The notes beneath the pieces are model-generated. The model saw only the letters and a program-made list of their open reading frames with translations, searched no databases and was not told where the DNA came from. Shown piece by piece: positions 46,104-63,538 of a stretch of 64,000 nt of DNA. Made by a program: the position numbers and the translations under genes. Origin of the DNA: Eledone cirrhosa. Taxonomy: Eukaryota. The first letter of the stretch is position 1. Every line of letters starts with the position of its first letter. The DNA lies in assembly GCA_964016885.1 (NCBI GenBank), contig OZ024746.1, positions 54,994,001 through 55,058,000 on the forward strand, read 5' to 3'.

Positions 46104-49100
46104 TGCAAAAGTTCTATTTAAAGTTGTTGGGATACAAGTAAATATTTTTATAACTGATATAAAGCACTCGACAAGTTTTGGGAGTAGATATACGATATTA
46201 ATGGAAACTATATTTATAAAAGCATATTTATTTCATTATACATATATCAGGGATACCACATTAAATTATGGTATCCCTTCATCAGACAAAATACAATATA
46301 TAACAGTTTTACAAATAGCTTTGACGTACCCTTTTAAAATTCAACCATTACATTTGGAGGCTGTCTGGATAGTGATTTCATCTATCACTCCTAATCTACC
46401 GAATAAGGCACTAAATTACGCATTTAAACATACTGTCCTAACTAGCAATGAAATGCACATTATATTATCGGCAAGGAAAACATTGATAGAATTTAATAAC
46501 CAACTCTGGACTAGGGCAGATAGAAATAATAATTTCGACATAACTATGGGATAATCAGACTCAGCTGAGGTAACGGATCTTGTGGGCCTATTTATAATTA
46601 ATTCGCTACATAGAAAAATACCAGGTGTAACCGGAGGATTATATCATGATGATATGCTTATACTTATAGAAAATAATAGCTGTGAACTAAATAGAAAAAG
46701 AAAACAATTATACAATTTTTTAATTACCTTAATCTAAAAATAGAAATAGAGAATAACCATAGAATAGTCAATTTTCTTGATGTAACACTAAATCTCAACA
46801 CATGTCTTCATTATCCATTTCACAAACTAAATGAGAACTTGAATTATGTCAACTTTAACTCTAATCACCCCATATCTGTTAAAAATACTATAGTGAACTC
46901 TGTTCAAGAACAAATTTCAAGAATTTCATCTAATAAAAATATATTTGATGAAAAAGCGGAGTATTACAACGAAGCGTTAGGTAGAGCTGGATATAGAAAT
47001 AAAATTAAATACATCGATAATAATAATAATAAGCAAACTAACCAAAATAATAACAATTTCAATTACGGTAACAACTTTAACAACTATAATAGAAAACATT
47101 ACAATAATTCTAAAAGCCGAAAAAGGAATAGAACTAGAAATATATTATGGTTTGCTTCCCCTTTCTCACTAAATATTAAAACCCCTATTGCTAAACTATT
47201 CTTTAAAGCTCTTGACAAACGCTTCCCTAGAACACATAAATATTACTCAATTTTTAGTAGACATACTATAAAATTAACTTACTCGTCCACCAAAAATTTA
47301 GCACAAAAACTATTAATAGAATTAATAATAGGAATTTAAAACCTAACCAAAATACCAATAATAATCCAAACAATATTCAATTAAATAACTGTAACTGTAG
47401 AAATAAATCTAACTGTCCGTTAAATAACAACTGCTTAGCTAAAAATGTAGTGTACAATTGTAATGTTAAAACTAATTTAAATTCATTTAACTATGTTGGT
47501 TCCACCTCTACAGAATTTAAATTTCGCTTCAATAATCATAAGAATTCTTTCACAGATCTAAACAAAAAATCTTCAACTTCGCTATCGAGCCTACTATGGG
47601 ACCTAAAACGAGATAATATTAAATATTCGATGAATTGGAATATATTCTCATAAGCTACTCCTTTTAATTCCTCTTCAGAAAATTGTGATCTTTATATTGA
47701 AGAAATATTCTTTATATTAAAGTCCAAAAATTCCCTTAATCTAAGGAACAATTTATTCAGTTGCTGCAGACATAGATTGAACTCAACGTTTAAATATAAA
47801 TATAAATTTAAAATGTAGTATAATTAATTAACTAATTTAGTTAATATATGAAACCTGTCGATAAATCATTAGATTCCTTCACCTTTTTCTTTTTAAACTT
47901 TCTTCCAAAATATAAACATGGATATAATAAACTACTCTAAAATGTCTATACTTCCAATGTATTAAATAAAATTATACGTAAGATAAACTTCTATACTAAA
48001 TATAAGGTTATCTGTAGAATCATTGGGTTTTTTAAATCTTTTAAATTATTTTTATTTATTTGTTTTGATTCTGATAGCTTCTCATATCTTTCATAAGTCT
48101 GCCCTTTCAATATCTTGATTGAGAGATACGTAGGATAAATTTCTATACTAAATATATAAAACATATTATTTCAACTTAAGATACTCTATAGTGTTTTAAA
48201 GATATTTAATGCTTTGATATTTCTAGATTTCGTTTGACTATACTAATATATTCCTTTGCTATTTTAAATTTATATTGTTATGCTTATATTTACAAGTTAT
48301 AATCCTTTAGTAATATATTGATATTTGTTTATCTCTATACAAATGCATATGTGTGTATTAACATGCATATAAAGTGTTATAGTATTTTTTGTGTTTGTAT
48401 ATGTGTCTGTATATATACATGAGCGATGCGGGAGGACGCACGCAAATATTTATTTATACATATGTATGTGTATATATGTATGTATATATATCTATGTGGG
48501 TGAGAGGTATGTTGCAGATATGCATAATATTAAATACATGAATGGTAATCGTATATACGAGGACATGAATATTAATCGTATATATTTATGTATATATACT
48601 GTGAACTTTTTATAACACAAGGAATTTATAGCAGTGATTAAGAGAAATCATTTACGATTTGTATGGCTATATTGTTGGCTTGAGTAAACATAATTTATAT
48701 TTTCAGGACGTGCCTATGTGTGTATATATATATATATACATATATATTTGTATGTCTTTACATAAGATACTTATCTCTATAGAAAGGGTACATTTTGAAC
48801 GATTTAACACAGATTTTGGTATATTGATCTCAAGTTTTTAAACTAAACATATAGTCATTATTGAACAATGTTTAATTTCTCATATTATATATGTATGTCC
48901 CATTCATGAATATTGATACTTATATTTATATTTTTATTATTCATTTCATATAAATTGTTAACTCAACTTAATATGACATGACGTAAAGTTGTCACTGTCC
49001 CCCTCTCTCTATATAGTATTTCTCTCTCTTGAGTTCCTCTTTCTGTATGATGACTTGATATATCTCTGTTGCTTTCCTTTGTTTTTCTTACTTCTTCCTT

Positions 49101-49557
49101 TTTACTTTCTTTTTTTATTTTCCTCCTATTTTTATTTTTCTGTTTCTTTTCTCCATACATGTCTCTCTCTCCGATATTTCTCCAGGTTTTCTTTCTCTCT
49201 CTACGTCATTTTTTCTTTCTCTCCGTCTTTTTCTAATTGTGCTTATGCTTAACACTATGACTTATAAAATAATATAAACAAATCACTATCCAGACAGCCT
49301 CCAAATGTAATGGTTGCATGTTAAAAGTGTACGTCAAAGCTATTTGTAAAACTGTTATATATTGTATTTTGTCTGATGAAGGCATACAATAATTTAATGT
49401 GGTATCCCTGAAATATGTATAATGAAATAAATATGGTTTTATAAATATAGTTTCCATTTATTAATATCGTATATCCACTCCAAAAACTTGTCGAGTACTT
49501 TATATCAGTTATAAAAATATTTACTTGTATCCCAACAACTTTAAATAGAACTTTTGC
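46104..49557 (+). mobile_element. Naiad-type PLE family B with inverted 5' pLTR
   Basis: 46104-46376 is the reverse complement of 49281-49557. Disrupted ORF 46377-47790 (FDITMG, GLYHDD, FLDVTL, CNCRNKSNCPLNNNCL, VVYNC...YVGST). HHRs at 46224-46299 (minus, GAAA>GATA) and 49359-49434 (plus). Confidence 0.88.
49359..49434 (+). ncRNA. Hammerhead ribozyme motif of Naiad B pLTR
   Basis: CTGATGA at 49373-49379, stem II, GAAA-tatgta-TA. Confidence 0.75.
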
Positions 49558-49599
49558 ATATATATATTTATATATATATATATATTTATATGTGTATAT

Positions 49600-49632
<33 letters not shown>

Positions 49633-49643
49633 CACATGTAAAT

Positions 49644-49720
<77 letters not shown>

Positions 49721-49793
49721 AATATATATATATATATAAATATATATATATTTATATGTATATATATACATATATATATATACACATATAAAT

Positions 49794-49926
<133 letters not shown>

Positions 49927-49961
49927 CATATATATTTATACAGATATATATATATATACAG

Positions 49962-49992
<31 letters not shown>

Positions 49993-50014
49993 TATATATA
50001 TATATATACAGATA

Positions 50015-50065
<51 letters not shown>

Positions 50066-50220
50066 ATATATATACAGATATATATATATATATACAGATA
50101 TATATATATATATACAGATATATATATACATATACATATATATATATATATACACATATATATATATATATACAGATATATATATATATACATATAAATA
50201 TATATATATATAAATATATA

Positions 50221-50530
50221 ATATAAGATCAAAAGATGGTTAAAGGAGTTCCATGTATTTTATTATGCGCATTTCAAAAACAAACATCATCATGCAATAA
50301 TATTTGTGTTTTCATCAGATAAAACAGGAGAACATGATATGAAGGCTAAAAAACACTTGTGGATAGTGCAGTTTTAAATCAACATATCTGAAATGCGCAT
50401 AATAAAATACATGGAACTCCTTTAACCATCTTTTGATCTTATATTATGTATACTCCAGTCCTACAAACTGTAGAGTGCTTCTTATCCGATATCTGCATTG
50501 CTTTATTGTACTACAATAAAACTCACCTCC
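50221..50530 (-). mobile_element. Solo inverted pLTR pair of Naiad A with HHR (50249-50329, minus)
   Basis: 50221-50390 is the reverse complement of ~42484-42652. 50390-50445 repeats the 3' half of the HHR in the opposite orientation. Confidence 0.82.
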
Positions 50531-50582
50531 TACATATAAATATATATATATATACACATATAAATATATATATATATAAATA

Positions 50583-52833
<2,251 letters not shown>

Positions 52834-52838
<5 letters not shown>

Positions 52839-53764
52839 GTATATTTACCAACATATGCTAGCAAATACATAAGTTATGTCATAGTACCTAGGTGGGTCAA
52901 TGCAGGAGGGTGCAGAACAATTATAGAAAGACGTAAAATAAGAAAATTTTAAAAATTAAAAATTAACTTACTTACTAAAATTTTCACTCCAACTAATTAG
53001 TTTCTGTAATGGGATAAAGATAGTTACGCAATGTAACCATCGAGAATTGATTACGTCATCAGGGAGTCTATTCTCAGCTAAGTCTCCAGGCAATGCGCGG
53101 ACACTAGGGACTCATATAAAAATAATAATAATTCGGTGGATGGAACAGCTAGCGGGGACTAAATTCCATAGCACTGAAAAAGTTCACTGTCTCTGGTCAA
53201 ATGGCAGATTCTAAAGAACCAATCACGTGACACTGAGGCTAGTCAGAAGGAGTGGGATGGTATAATGACAAAAGCCTACTACCACTACAATGAATTAGTA
53301 GTGGATTTGGCAAGTTTGCTCAACAAATAAATAATTTGGAGATAAATATTGAGAATTAGTATATTTACCAACATATGCGTACAGATGTACACTAATGCTA
53401 GCAAATACATAAGTTATGTCATAGTACCTAGGTCGTTCAATGCAGGAGGGTGCTCTGACTAGCCTCAGTGTCACGTGATTGATTCTTTAGAATCTGCCAT
53501 TTGACCAGAGACAGTGAACTTTTTCAGTGCTATGGAATTTAGTCCCCGCTAGCTGTTCCATCCACCGAATTATTATTTTTATATGAGTCCCTAGAGTCCG
53601 TGCATTGCCTGGAGACTTAGTTGAGAATAGACTCCCTGATGACGTAATGAATTCTCGATGGTTACATTGCGTAACTATCTTTATCCCATTACAGAAACTA
53701 ATTAGTTGGAGTGAAAATATTTGTAAGTTAATTTTTAATTTTTAAAATTTTCTTATTTTACGTC

Positions 53765-53768
<4 letters not shown>
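52834..53768 (-). mobile_element. Retrozyme-like HHR element, copy 3: ~1.2-mer (52834-53453, minus) plus inverted partial copy (53454-53768, plus)
   Basis: aattagtatatttaccaacatatgc at 52834 and 53354. 53454-53768 is the reverse complement of 52926-53247. HHRs at 52986-53067 (minus) and 53631-53712 (plus). Confidence 0.85.
53631..53712 (+). ncRNA. Hammerhead ribozyme motif (mirror copy 52986-53067 on minus)
   Basis: actcc-CTGATGA-c-gtaatg...cattac-a-GAAA-ctaattag-TT-ggagt. Confidence 0.8.
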
Positions 53769-53851
<83 letters not shown>

Positions 53852-53910
53852 TATATATATATATATATATATATACAGATATAAATATATATATATACAG
53901 ATATAAATAT

Positions 53911-53987
<77 letters not shown>

Positions 53988-54043
53988 TATATATATATAT
54001 ATATATATATACAGATATATATATATATATATATACAGATATA

Positions 54044-54085
<42 letters not shown>

Positions 54086-54172
54086 CAGATATATATATAT
54101 ATATACAGATATATATATACAGATATATATATATATACAGATATATATATATACAGATGTATATATATATAC

Positions 54173-54273
<101 letters not shown>

Positions 54274-56474
54274 TAAACAAATAATGAATAAACAATGAAA
54301 CAGTTCCTTATATTAAACAAAAAAAGTTCATTATTTAACGATCGTTTCTAGGATATATATGTGTTAGAATTGGCATGCATATTCAACAGATCTATGTACA
54401 AAATTATACAAAATTATACAAACTATCAAGATTAAATATACATACCAACACATATATACGCCGTCTATTCTACATATATATATATATATATACAGATATA
54501 TATATATATATACAGATGTGTGTGCATTGTATGCATGTATATTGTATATATATATATATATGTATATTGTATGCATGCGTATTATATTCTGTGTATGTGT
54601 ATATGTGACATGTATGTGAATATATGTATGTATGCGTATGAGTGTGTATGTGTAAGTGTATGATGTGTGTATGTATGTGTATATGTATGTATACTTTTCG
54701 GTAGAAATTCTCTCTATATGTGGTGTGTGGCACGAATTCCTCCTATAATACTCTTCTCTGAGAGGAGCACGATATGCAGAGTAACACATATGTATTGTCG
54801 AAGTTGAAACTGAGAACCACACCCCTCCTGCTGACCCAAATGTTTACTAAGGACCAGAACACCATTCTCCGCAATATAAGAGCGAAATGCGCTTGCCGGA
54901 CTATTGATGACCATAACATCACATTCCAAGGTAATGGCAAAACACAGTGAATGCTATGCACGACCAGAACACCACAGCGTGCATATCCGAGCAAAACAGA
55001 TATAATATCAATAGGGGAATCCACTGAATTTTTTGAGTTGATCGGACACACGTACACATAAAGAAGCTGTTGACCTAAATATACCTGTCATGCCTGTCTG
55101 AATTCCTAAGGGAATTGTCGGCCAGTTGCTGTCTTGACCGATTGTAGTACCAGTGGGTGAATCATTTGAGTTTTTTGAGTTGAAATACATATAAATATGT
55201 GTCTGTGTGTTTCGGACACACGTACACATAAAGAAGCCGCCGACCTAAATGTGCCTGTCATGCCTGCCTGAATTTTCGGTCAGTTGCTGACTTGACCGAT
55301 TAACCCCACAATTACTACGTAGCGGTTCATGCACGTGACTGCTGGACCCGGATGAAACGAAGACGAAGAATTTCCTTGCGTACCGTTTTGTACCACAGAT
55401 GCGATCTCACCCTGCCTCGTTAATGTCCTATCGACACCAAAGTTCAACGTTCGGCCGAATAGATTTGAATCCAACCACCAACAACATAGCTGAATGACCG
55501 ATAATCACACCAAACCGGAGTACTGTGATCCTTGTGATTTCCAGATATACAACCACTGACACTGTTACGAAGACAAGAAAACCATACTCCATATATTGAA
55601 CCAAGTGATTGATATGTGCGACCAAAATAACACCAAACACATATTGAACTAGGAATATTGGATCCTCCGTCAATGTCCGGGTGAGCAAAAATAGATTTCT
55701 ATCTGCATTGGAATTTACGAACTTGTGCATCGTCTGTGGTGTCAAAAACAAACGCACATGACCGCACAAATAAACAATGGACCATGCCACGTGGCTTGAA
55801 CCCGTAAGTGAATTAAAGGTTCTGCAACTCTGATACACAGATTATTTATTATTAAGATGTATAAACTTGACATAACTATTATCATCTTATATTCTCTCAA
55901 CTAATCACACCTGATCATATTTCTCTATCCCGTTTTCTCCCCCCATAATTATTATATTTTTATTATTATTTGAAAAAAATCGTTTTTTTTTACATTGTGT
56001 TTTCCCCTCCAAATATTCGATTATATTTCTTTATATATTCTCTATATATTTTTTTATCTTTATTTTTTTATCTTTATTATTTCCACTCTTATCCTCCTTT
56101 ATATTTTACCTTATTCTTACTTTTATACCTTATTATAGTGTAATCTTCCCCATGCCTTATTGTTACTCTTTTTCCATTTCTAATTACCTCATGTATATTC
56201 TCCTCCGCTATATATATATATATATTGTACGCCATTTGTGTTTGTGTAGCCTCTGCGCACCCTCTGCACCATACTATCGACGCCACCCCATCTATGGTTC
56301 AGCTAACCACCCGACTCCCGGGAATGAATATGACCGCAGCTAGTAAACAAGGACCCACACCCCACCATCCTGCACCAAACTTAGACTTATCGTCCCCTAC
56401 TTTTGCTCTTTACTCTCTTTACTCTTTGTTCTTGAATAATTGGTTGGTAGAGTCCATAACACCAATCAAACCCC

Positions 56475-56534
56475 TTTTATAGCTCTGACGAATCCTACGG
56501 TTACGTAAGGAAGAAACATTGTAAGCCAATAAAA
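56475..56534 (+). ncRNA. Hammerhead ribozyme motif
   Basis: ttttatagct-CTGACGA-atcctacg(gtta)cgtaaggaa-GAAA-cattg-TA-agccaataaaa, ~40 nt before a (TA)n array. Confidence 0.7.
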
Positions 56535-56608
56535 ATCTTTTGATGTTGTAGACGCTCTTGTGTTCAATTTTCTTATATACAGATATATATATATATATAT
56601 ATATATAC

Positions 56609-56731
<123 letters not shown>

Positions 56732-56760
56732 TATATATATGTATATACATTTATATATAC

Positions 56761-56819
<59 letters not shown>

Positions 56820-57164
56820 TATAAATATATATATATATATACACATATAAATATATATATATATACACATATAAATATATATATATTTATATATATATAC
56901 ACATATAAATATATATATACACATATAAATATATATATTTATATATATATGTATATGAATATATACTATTATGTATACGAAAAGATATATATATTCCTCT
57001 CATGCTTACCACAGTCGGTCTATTTACATTTTTTTGTTTACTAGATTTGTATACTTTTTTCAGATATGGCTGCTAGCTATGTTTCATTTCTTGTTATTTC
57101 TAAGCGGGAAATTTTGTATATTTTTATTTAAGTTTGAGTTTAGTTATTGAAATTTTTGTGTATA

Positions 57165-57350
57165 TATTATTGTTTCTCGTTTAGGCAGAAGGCCAGCAAT
57201 TACCCAGTTCATTACTGGTACTTTATTTTATCCTTCCTGGATGAAAGGCTGAGTGAACCTCGGTGGGATTTGAATTCAGACCGTAAAGGGACGTAACTAT
57301 ACTGGAAAGCATGGCGTCCGACTCTCTACCGATACTGCCAATCCACCGCC
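57165..57350 (-). mobile_element. SINE (same family as 3961)
   Basis: Reverse complement of ggcggtggattggcagtatcggtagag...ttcaaatcccaccgagg...gcctttcatcc. Confidence 0.75.
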
Positions 57351-58074
57351 CTGTGTATATACAATGGACCACGTAAAGACTATCAACGTTATAAAACCAC
57401 ATAGACACACACACACGCTTACATATCCATATGTACACATACATATAGATGTATGCATACAGATAAATTCATACACACACATACATATGTATGTGTATTT
57501 ATGTATAAATGATGTCGCTTATGAGAGAAAACAGATTTTGCACATCACTAATGTTTACAGACTGTAAACACGGACATGTTCTTGTTTCTAGTTAAAGTGC
57601 TTCAAGAGTGTAAAGACAAGAACACATATTGCACGCAACATGTATTATATAGACTAATGTGGAGGTGATGATTATGTAGAAGATGAGTACACAATTTCAC
57701 TCACAAGGAAACCAGGACTTCCTGACTAAGAGACAGCTTGTTTGTCTATTCAAACATATTTGCATCCAGCTCCACACGTATTCACACAATCATATGTATG
57801 TATGTGTATGCGTGTCTATGCGTGCGTGTGTATGTGCATATGTGAGTGGGTGCGTATAAGAACAGAGTTTACATAGTATTGCAGCTTACGTGAATTAGAA
57901 GCTGTAAATAATTTTAACTTTTTCTACATGGAATCAATAAAAAAGCCCTCAGTGTGGCGAAAAATGTCGCTCCTGTATATTTGTCGAAGACATGTAGAGA
58001 AATTTTCTGAAAATCGATCCAGATTTTCTTAGAAATAGCCTGGGGCAATACTGGCCGAAACCTATCTAAGTTAT

Positions 58075-58195
58075 ATTGGATTGGTAGTATCGGTAGAGCG
58101 TCAGACACCATGCTTTACGGGATTGATAAAAGGAGCACCAGCAATGCACTGGGGGTAATTGCTGACCTTGTGCCAAAAGTAGAAACAATTATTAT
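58075..58195 (+). mobile_element. SINE, internally deleted
   Basis: ggattggtagtatcggtagagcgtcagac joined to tacggg.ttgataaaa...ttgtgccaaaagtagaaacaatt. Confidence 0.7.
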
Positions 58196-58734
58196 AATTA
58201 GTAGTAGTAGTACAGATTAAAAGTTTTAGCAATAATTTTCTTTCCTCCTATGCGGGATAATCTAAACCCGAGAAAAATCAATGTGTAGACGCAGTAAAAA
58301 TATTTCAAAAACATTCCGATCAATTATTGCCCTTTGAAAACAAGTAGACATAACGGTAGTGTGTGAAGACGTTCTCTCGAGAGGAGCGAAATGTATGCAA
58401 GGATAATTAAGACATTGTGGAGCGTGAAGAGCAAATTCATGCTATGGAAACAAACAACATATTTTCTATAAATACTAACACACACATATGGAAATAGAAT
58501 ACGATGATTTGTCCGCCACTATGACTGAATCAAAAATGTCTAATAAATCAATAAAAATAACAAACCTATATCGGGCCCGATATAGTTTTGTTATTTTTAT
58601 TGACTTATCACTTTAAATCGAGTCAGGCAAAAGCGTATTATTTTAGATTAGTATTTTGTCAACCTAGCTAACTTGGTCCTTTGCAATTGGAACACATGTA
58701 TACTTATATCTGTGTTTATCTCTCTCTTATATTC

Positions 58735-58793
<59 letters not shown>

Positions 58794-58957
58794 TATATAT
58801 ATATCACAGAAAAAAAAGAATCAGTGTTGCGACGAAAGGAATTCATTGGACATATTACAATTGTTACTCAGGCGACCAGCTCGAGGCACGACGACGTGGT
58901 TATCAAACCAGACTCTGAAATCGCGCGGTCCCCGGATACGTCTCTATGACGGCATCG

Positions 58958-59013
<56 letters not shown>

Positions 59014-60003
59014 TATATAGGTATTATTGCACAAACGGGACAAACAAAGCACGTTAGATTAATATAAATACATTATTTTACCTGAGATTTGGGTGCCAGA
59101 TGATTCTTTCGTCAGAAATCATAACTGATTGATGTGATAAGTAACCATCTTCGCGAAATTCTTGTTCATACAGTCACTCGTATAGCTCCACACCTATAAT
59201 GAATGATAATGTTGGCAGCAGAATTACTAATATAAGTATAAAAACACAGTCTTTTATGGAAAACTTGACGAGATACGTGTAAAAAATATAGATCTATTAT
59301 ATTTCAGCTGCATCGTGTATGAATAGATCTCAATACACACCGAGCAACTAAATGAATCAACTGTTCCCTCGACAAATCTCATGTAGAACCAAATGTTAAT
59401 GACACTCTTAAACACACACATACACACACATATACACACTCACAGAGACACAGAGATAATTAGTTGTAACTAATTATACTTAACTTACCCTTACCCTTGG
59501 GTATATTTACCAACCTTGTATTAAAGTACATATGAACATATATACGAATATATATACATATATGTATCCATGTACATATATGTACATACATATACATACA
59601 TACCTATGTATATGTGCGTGTGTATATATATATATTGAGTGTATGTATATGTGTATATGTTACTAACTATTATCACTGAAAATATGTCATTCATTGTAAT
59701 CCCGGGAGAGGCACGCGACCTACACTTCGCTATAGAACCGATCGGGTGATCGATAACACGTGAATTACATTTCCAAGATTTTCCAGCCGTGAAATGAAAA
59801 TCAGTGACTTTGAAAAAAATGTCATAGAGATCGTTATGTATCAGCATAGTTTGTGATTCGCTGCACGAATTCAGACATCAGACAACAAACAGAAAATCGT
59901 ATAGTCAGTTACATGCAGATACACAGTTAAACATACACACATATTTACATATATACACACTTTCTTACTCTCTCACTCACACACATATGTATATATGTGT
60001 CTG

Positions 60004-60039
<36 letters not shown>

Positions 60040-60159
60040 TTTAAGAATTGTCATTTTCTGTGCGAGTTCTATTCCATTCAGTAAAGAAATCACCAAAAAT
60101 CCGCTTTACACCGTTCCTTCATTGAATACAACAGAAATAGTCATGTAAAATACGCGCGT

Positions 60160-60192
<33 letters not shown>

Positions 60193-60337
60193 TACACATA
60201 CACACACACACATAATCAGGCGCATAAACACAAACTCACGTACACGCCTACAGTATATTTAAACATGTTTCATTGTGCAAAAGGATGAAACAAAATGCAT
60301 GTATTTTCGCAGACTGAGTGACCAGTCAAATAATATT

Positions 60338-60528
60338 GGTGGATTGGCAGTATCGGTAGAGGGTCGGACGACATGCTTTGCAGCAAAGAGTTACGGCCCT
60401 TGCCATTCTCAGTTCAAATCCCGCCGAGGTTAACTTTGCCTTTCATCCCTACGGGGTCGATAAAATAAAGTACCAGTAATACACTGGTATAATTGCTGGC
60501 CTTGTGCCAAAAGTAGAAACAAATATTA
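60338..60528 (+). mobile_element. Full-length SINE (same family as 3961)
   Basis: A-box-like head, GTTCAAATCC B box, gcctttcatccctacggggtcgataaaataaagtacc core. Confidence 0.82.
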
Positions 60529-61077
60529 TGCGCCCATTGGCATGTTCACTGCTGATACTATCTGTAGGTCGGAATTCCAGACAAATCGTTACAGCGTTTT
60601 TCGTGAGAAAAATTGGGAATTTAACTTATAACTCTCAGGGCCTGAATAGATATTACAAAGTATCTAGAGAACATGTATTAATTTATCTACCTCGAAAGAA
60701 GTAAAGGTAAAGCTGTGCTCCCTGTCAATCGAACTCAGGGCGTAGAGAGCATGTGTTGATACGTCTCCCCTAACAGTACTTCCAGTTTACCGCGTTTTGA
60801 AAAAGATGTATGAAAAATACCAAGATATGACGAGTGTCCTATAAGATTACATATATTCCACATTATCCTTATAGTTGTCTTCGGTGGGATTTGATTCCGA
60901 GCGTAGTGAATCGAATCGAATGTAGAGAGCTTTCAATCTGACGCTCTAACGAGTATTCCATTTGACATCAATCCGTATGAAGCGACGTGACGAAAGAAGA
61001 GACACACAATTTCGGAATTGTAAAATGTCTTTCATTTTAGTTTATTTGTTTCAACATTTTCTCTTATCCGTCCAGTG

Positions 61078-61297
61078 GAGGCACGTGGCCTAGTGGTAAG
61101 GGTGTTCGACTTATGATCAAAATGTTGTGGGTTCGATTTCTGGGACACTTCATTTTACGTTGCTCCATTATACTCAGCTGAAAATGAGTACCAGCAATAG
61201 CTGGTTGTTTAACCCTGTGATAGACTGGCGTCCTGTCCAGGAGGGAGTCTTGTACTCTTAGTTGCTTCACGCCATGAAACCGGGATAAGCACCGGCA
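61078..61297 (+). mobile_element. tRNA-derived SINE with Meta-domain-like body
   Basis: TGGCCTAGTGG A box, GGTTCGATT B box, ccctgtgatagactggcgtcctgtccagg...gaaaccgggataagc. Confidence 0.72.
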
Positions 61298-61484
61298 AAA
61301 TGATGCTTCTAGCTTAAGACAGACTTTAGACGTTTTAGACTTATCCGTCCGAGGTCGATGATATAAAGTATCCAGTGAAATACTGAATTATAATTGACAT
61401 TTTTCTCCCCCAAAATCTGCTGGTTCCGTGCTTAAATTAGAAATAATTTTAGTTCAATTTTGCAAGAACTGATGAGTACGATGA

Positions 61485-61642
61485 TAATTGTTTCTAATTT
61501 AGGCACAAGGCCAGCAATTTGAAGGGGAGGGAAAGTTGATTAAATCGACTGGTGCTTTATCGACACCATGAGGACGAAATGCAAAGAAAACGGGCGCAAC
61601 TCTATACCGCAAAGCAGATTGTCCGATGCCAATCCACCGCCC
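61485..61642 (-). mobile_element. Degenerate SINE
   Basis: Reverse complement of ggcggtggattggcatcggac...gtcgataaa...ttgctggccttgtgcctaaattagaaac. Confidence 0.6.
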
Positions 61643-61899
61643 TATTATAATAAACTCCTTTATTTCTTATTGTTGCGATAATTTATTTTAAATAAAAGCT
61701 AGCTTTTTACTATCATAGAAAGCATTAATATATTTGAGTCACATGTCGTTGATTCTGGCACCATATTGTATCTCTGAGCATCATATTTTGTTTCCTGCTG
61801 CTCGAATCCACCTAGATGGCGACAAAATGAGATGCACTTGTAATTGAACGGGGAGGGCTCACATGATCTTCTTTTTCTTTTTTATTTCCTTTCTCTTTT

Positions 61900-62600
61900 T
61901 CTTTTTTCCTAGTGGGGAATGCCGTGGGGGTAGATTTCTCAAACACTCCTTCCACGTCCTCTTAGAAGCAACTTACTCCAAACTCCGGCTGGTTCCCCAA
62001 ATGGGACAACCAACGTCATGGATCTTATCCAACAATCTTGATCGGTGTCTACTCCTGCGTCTCCAACCGGTTGGTTTTGCCCGTAAAATCTGTCCAGCCA
62101 TTTTTTCTAAGTTATTTTATAAACAAATCCATAGTATTGGAGGTGTGTTCTCTCATTTCGGAGAAGTAGCAGCTCTATCTATTCTGATCTCCAAGCTACG
62201 CACCCTATCGAATAACGTTACTCCAAATACCCTTCAGGGGAACCCCATTTCGACCGCTTGTATTCTCGATCGCATTCTTTCGGTCATTACACAATATACA
62301 TGACCATACGTAAGGAGTGGCACGAATACCGAATTGAAGATAGCGAGTTTGGCTTTTACACTTACCTCCTTTCTTGAACTTCTCTATCTACTTCAATGAA
62401 ATTTCATTCACATGTAGAAGACAGCGCATGGTTCCTTGAGAGGACGAATGTCTCAGTTTTAGCAGTACGGATTTTCATTCCAGCCATAGAGTATCGGAGG
62501 TATGAAGTGTAAGTTGGAGATCAGCTTCTGTCGCGTTATGTAGCTCATGTCATCTACAAATCCCAGCTGGATATCATCTCTAAGTTAAAAAACTGTTTAT
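61900..62600 (-). mobile_element. Old RTE LINE 3' fragment
   Basis: FVDD remnant near 62550, VKAKLAIFNSVFVPLLTYGH, VMTERMRSRIQAVEMGF..RVFGVTLFDRVRS. Confidence 0.75.
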
Positions 62601-63489
62601 TTCAAATCGATGAATTATATGTATCTAACAATTCTCCATCATCATTATATACAAAAATCTAAGTTTTATACCAAACATCAGCTTAATCATAATATTAGTC
62701 ATCTTACTAAATCCCTCATCATTTTTAATTATATTCAAAATTATTTGAAAACCATAGACAGTGTATTGTATTAAATATATGGTAATCATAGGATAATTCC
62801 ACATATGACTCAACTTCGATAAAACAACAACAACAAAAAATGAAGGAAATCCACATGAAAATCATATAGAAGTATTCACAGAGTCAGACAGACACGTACC
62901 TATGTTGCATTTAAGATTTCATTTTACATAAAGAAATCTGACTTGACTACATACTATTTTCATAGTCTTATGACGCCCTCGAGCGATCGTTTTGCAAGTC
63001 TAATACATATGTGTCTTTCACGCGTAAAAATCTACATATATTTTCTCATCTTTTTCTCGTTTCTATTCTTATCTTTATTTTCTTTAGCTTATAATATTTA
63101 CAGCAAAATAATCAAGGCACGTTATCAGTTTCCGCTTTCATGGATTTCAAATTGATTTTTGGCAAAGCATAAATGCAATCTCCATTATTCTATGTTAAAC
63201 ATGTATTTCCCCATTTTCACAATAACATTGCTAGATTTTACACCATCTTTTTCTAGGCAAATGATAAGGCACGTTCATGTGATAAAATAAAAGTGATAGA
63301 GCGAGTGAAACTGAACCCCCCCCCCCAACCCACCCTCATTAATGAAAATACAAAATACAATAAGTCAGATTTTACGTAGGCAATTTTTACCCTACCACAC
63401 ATGATTGAATAAACATAGTTGGATGCGTTTACACATGTGGGTATGTGTATATTTATTACATTATTACACATATATATAAGCATATTAAT

Positions 63490-63538
<49 letters not shown>

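Noticed and set aside
54320-54400. Minus-strand CTGTTGA...GAAACGATCGTT HHR-like remnant
   Set aside because: The core is mutated at A6 and stems I and II pair poorly. At best it is a decayed remnant.
58805-58960. GC-richer insert in TA containing GAAATCGCGCGGTC (HHR stem III-like)
   Set aside because: No intact CUGANGA or UUGANAA core with matching stem I and II could be fitted.
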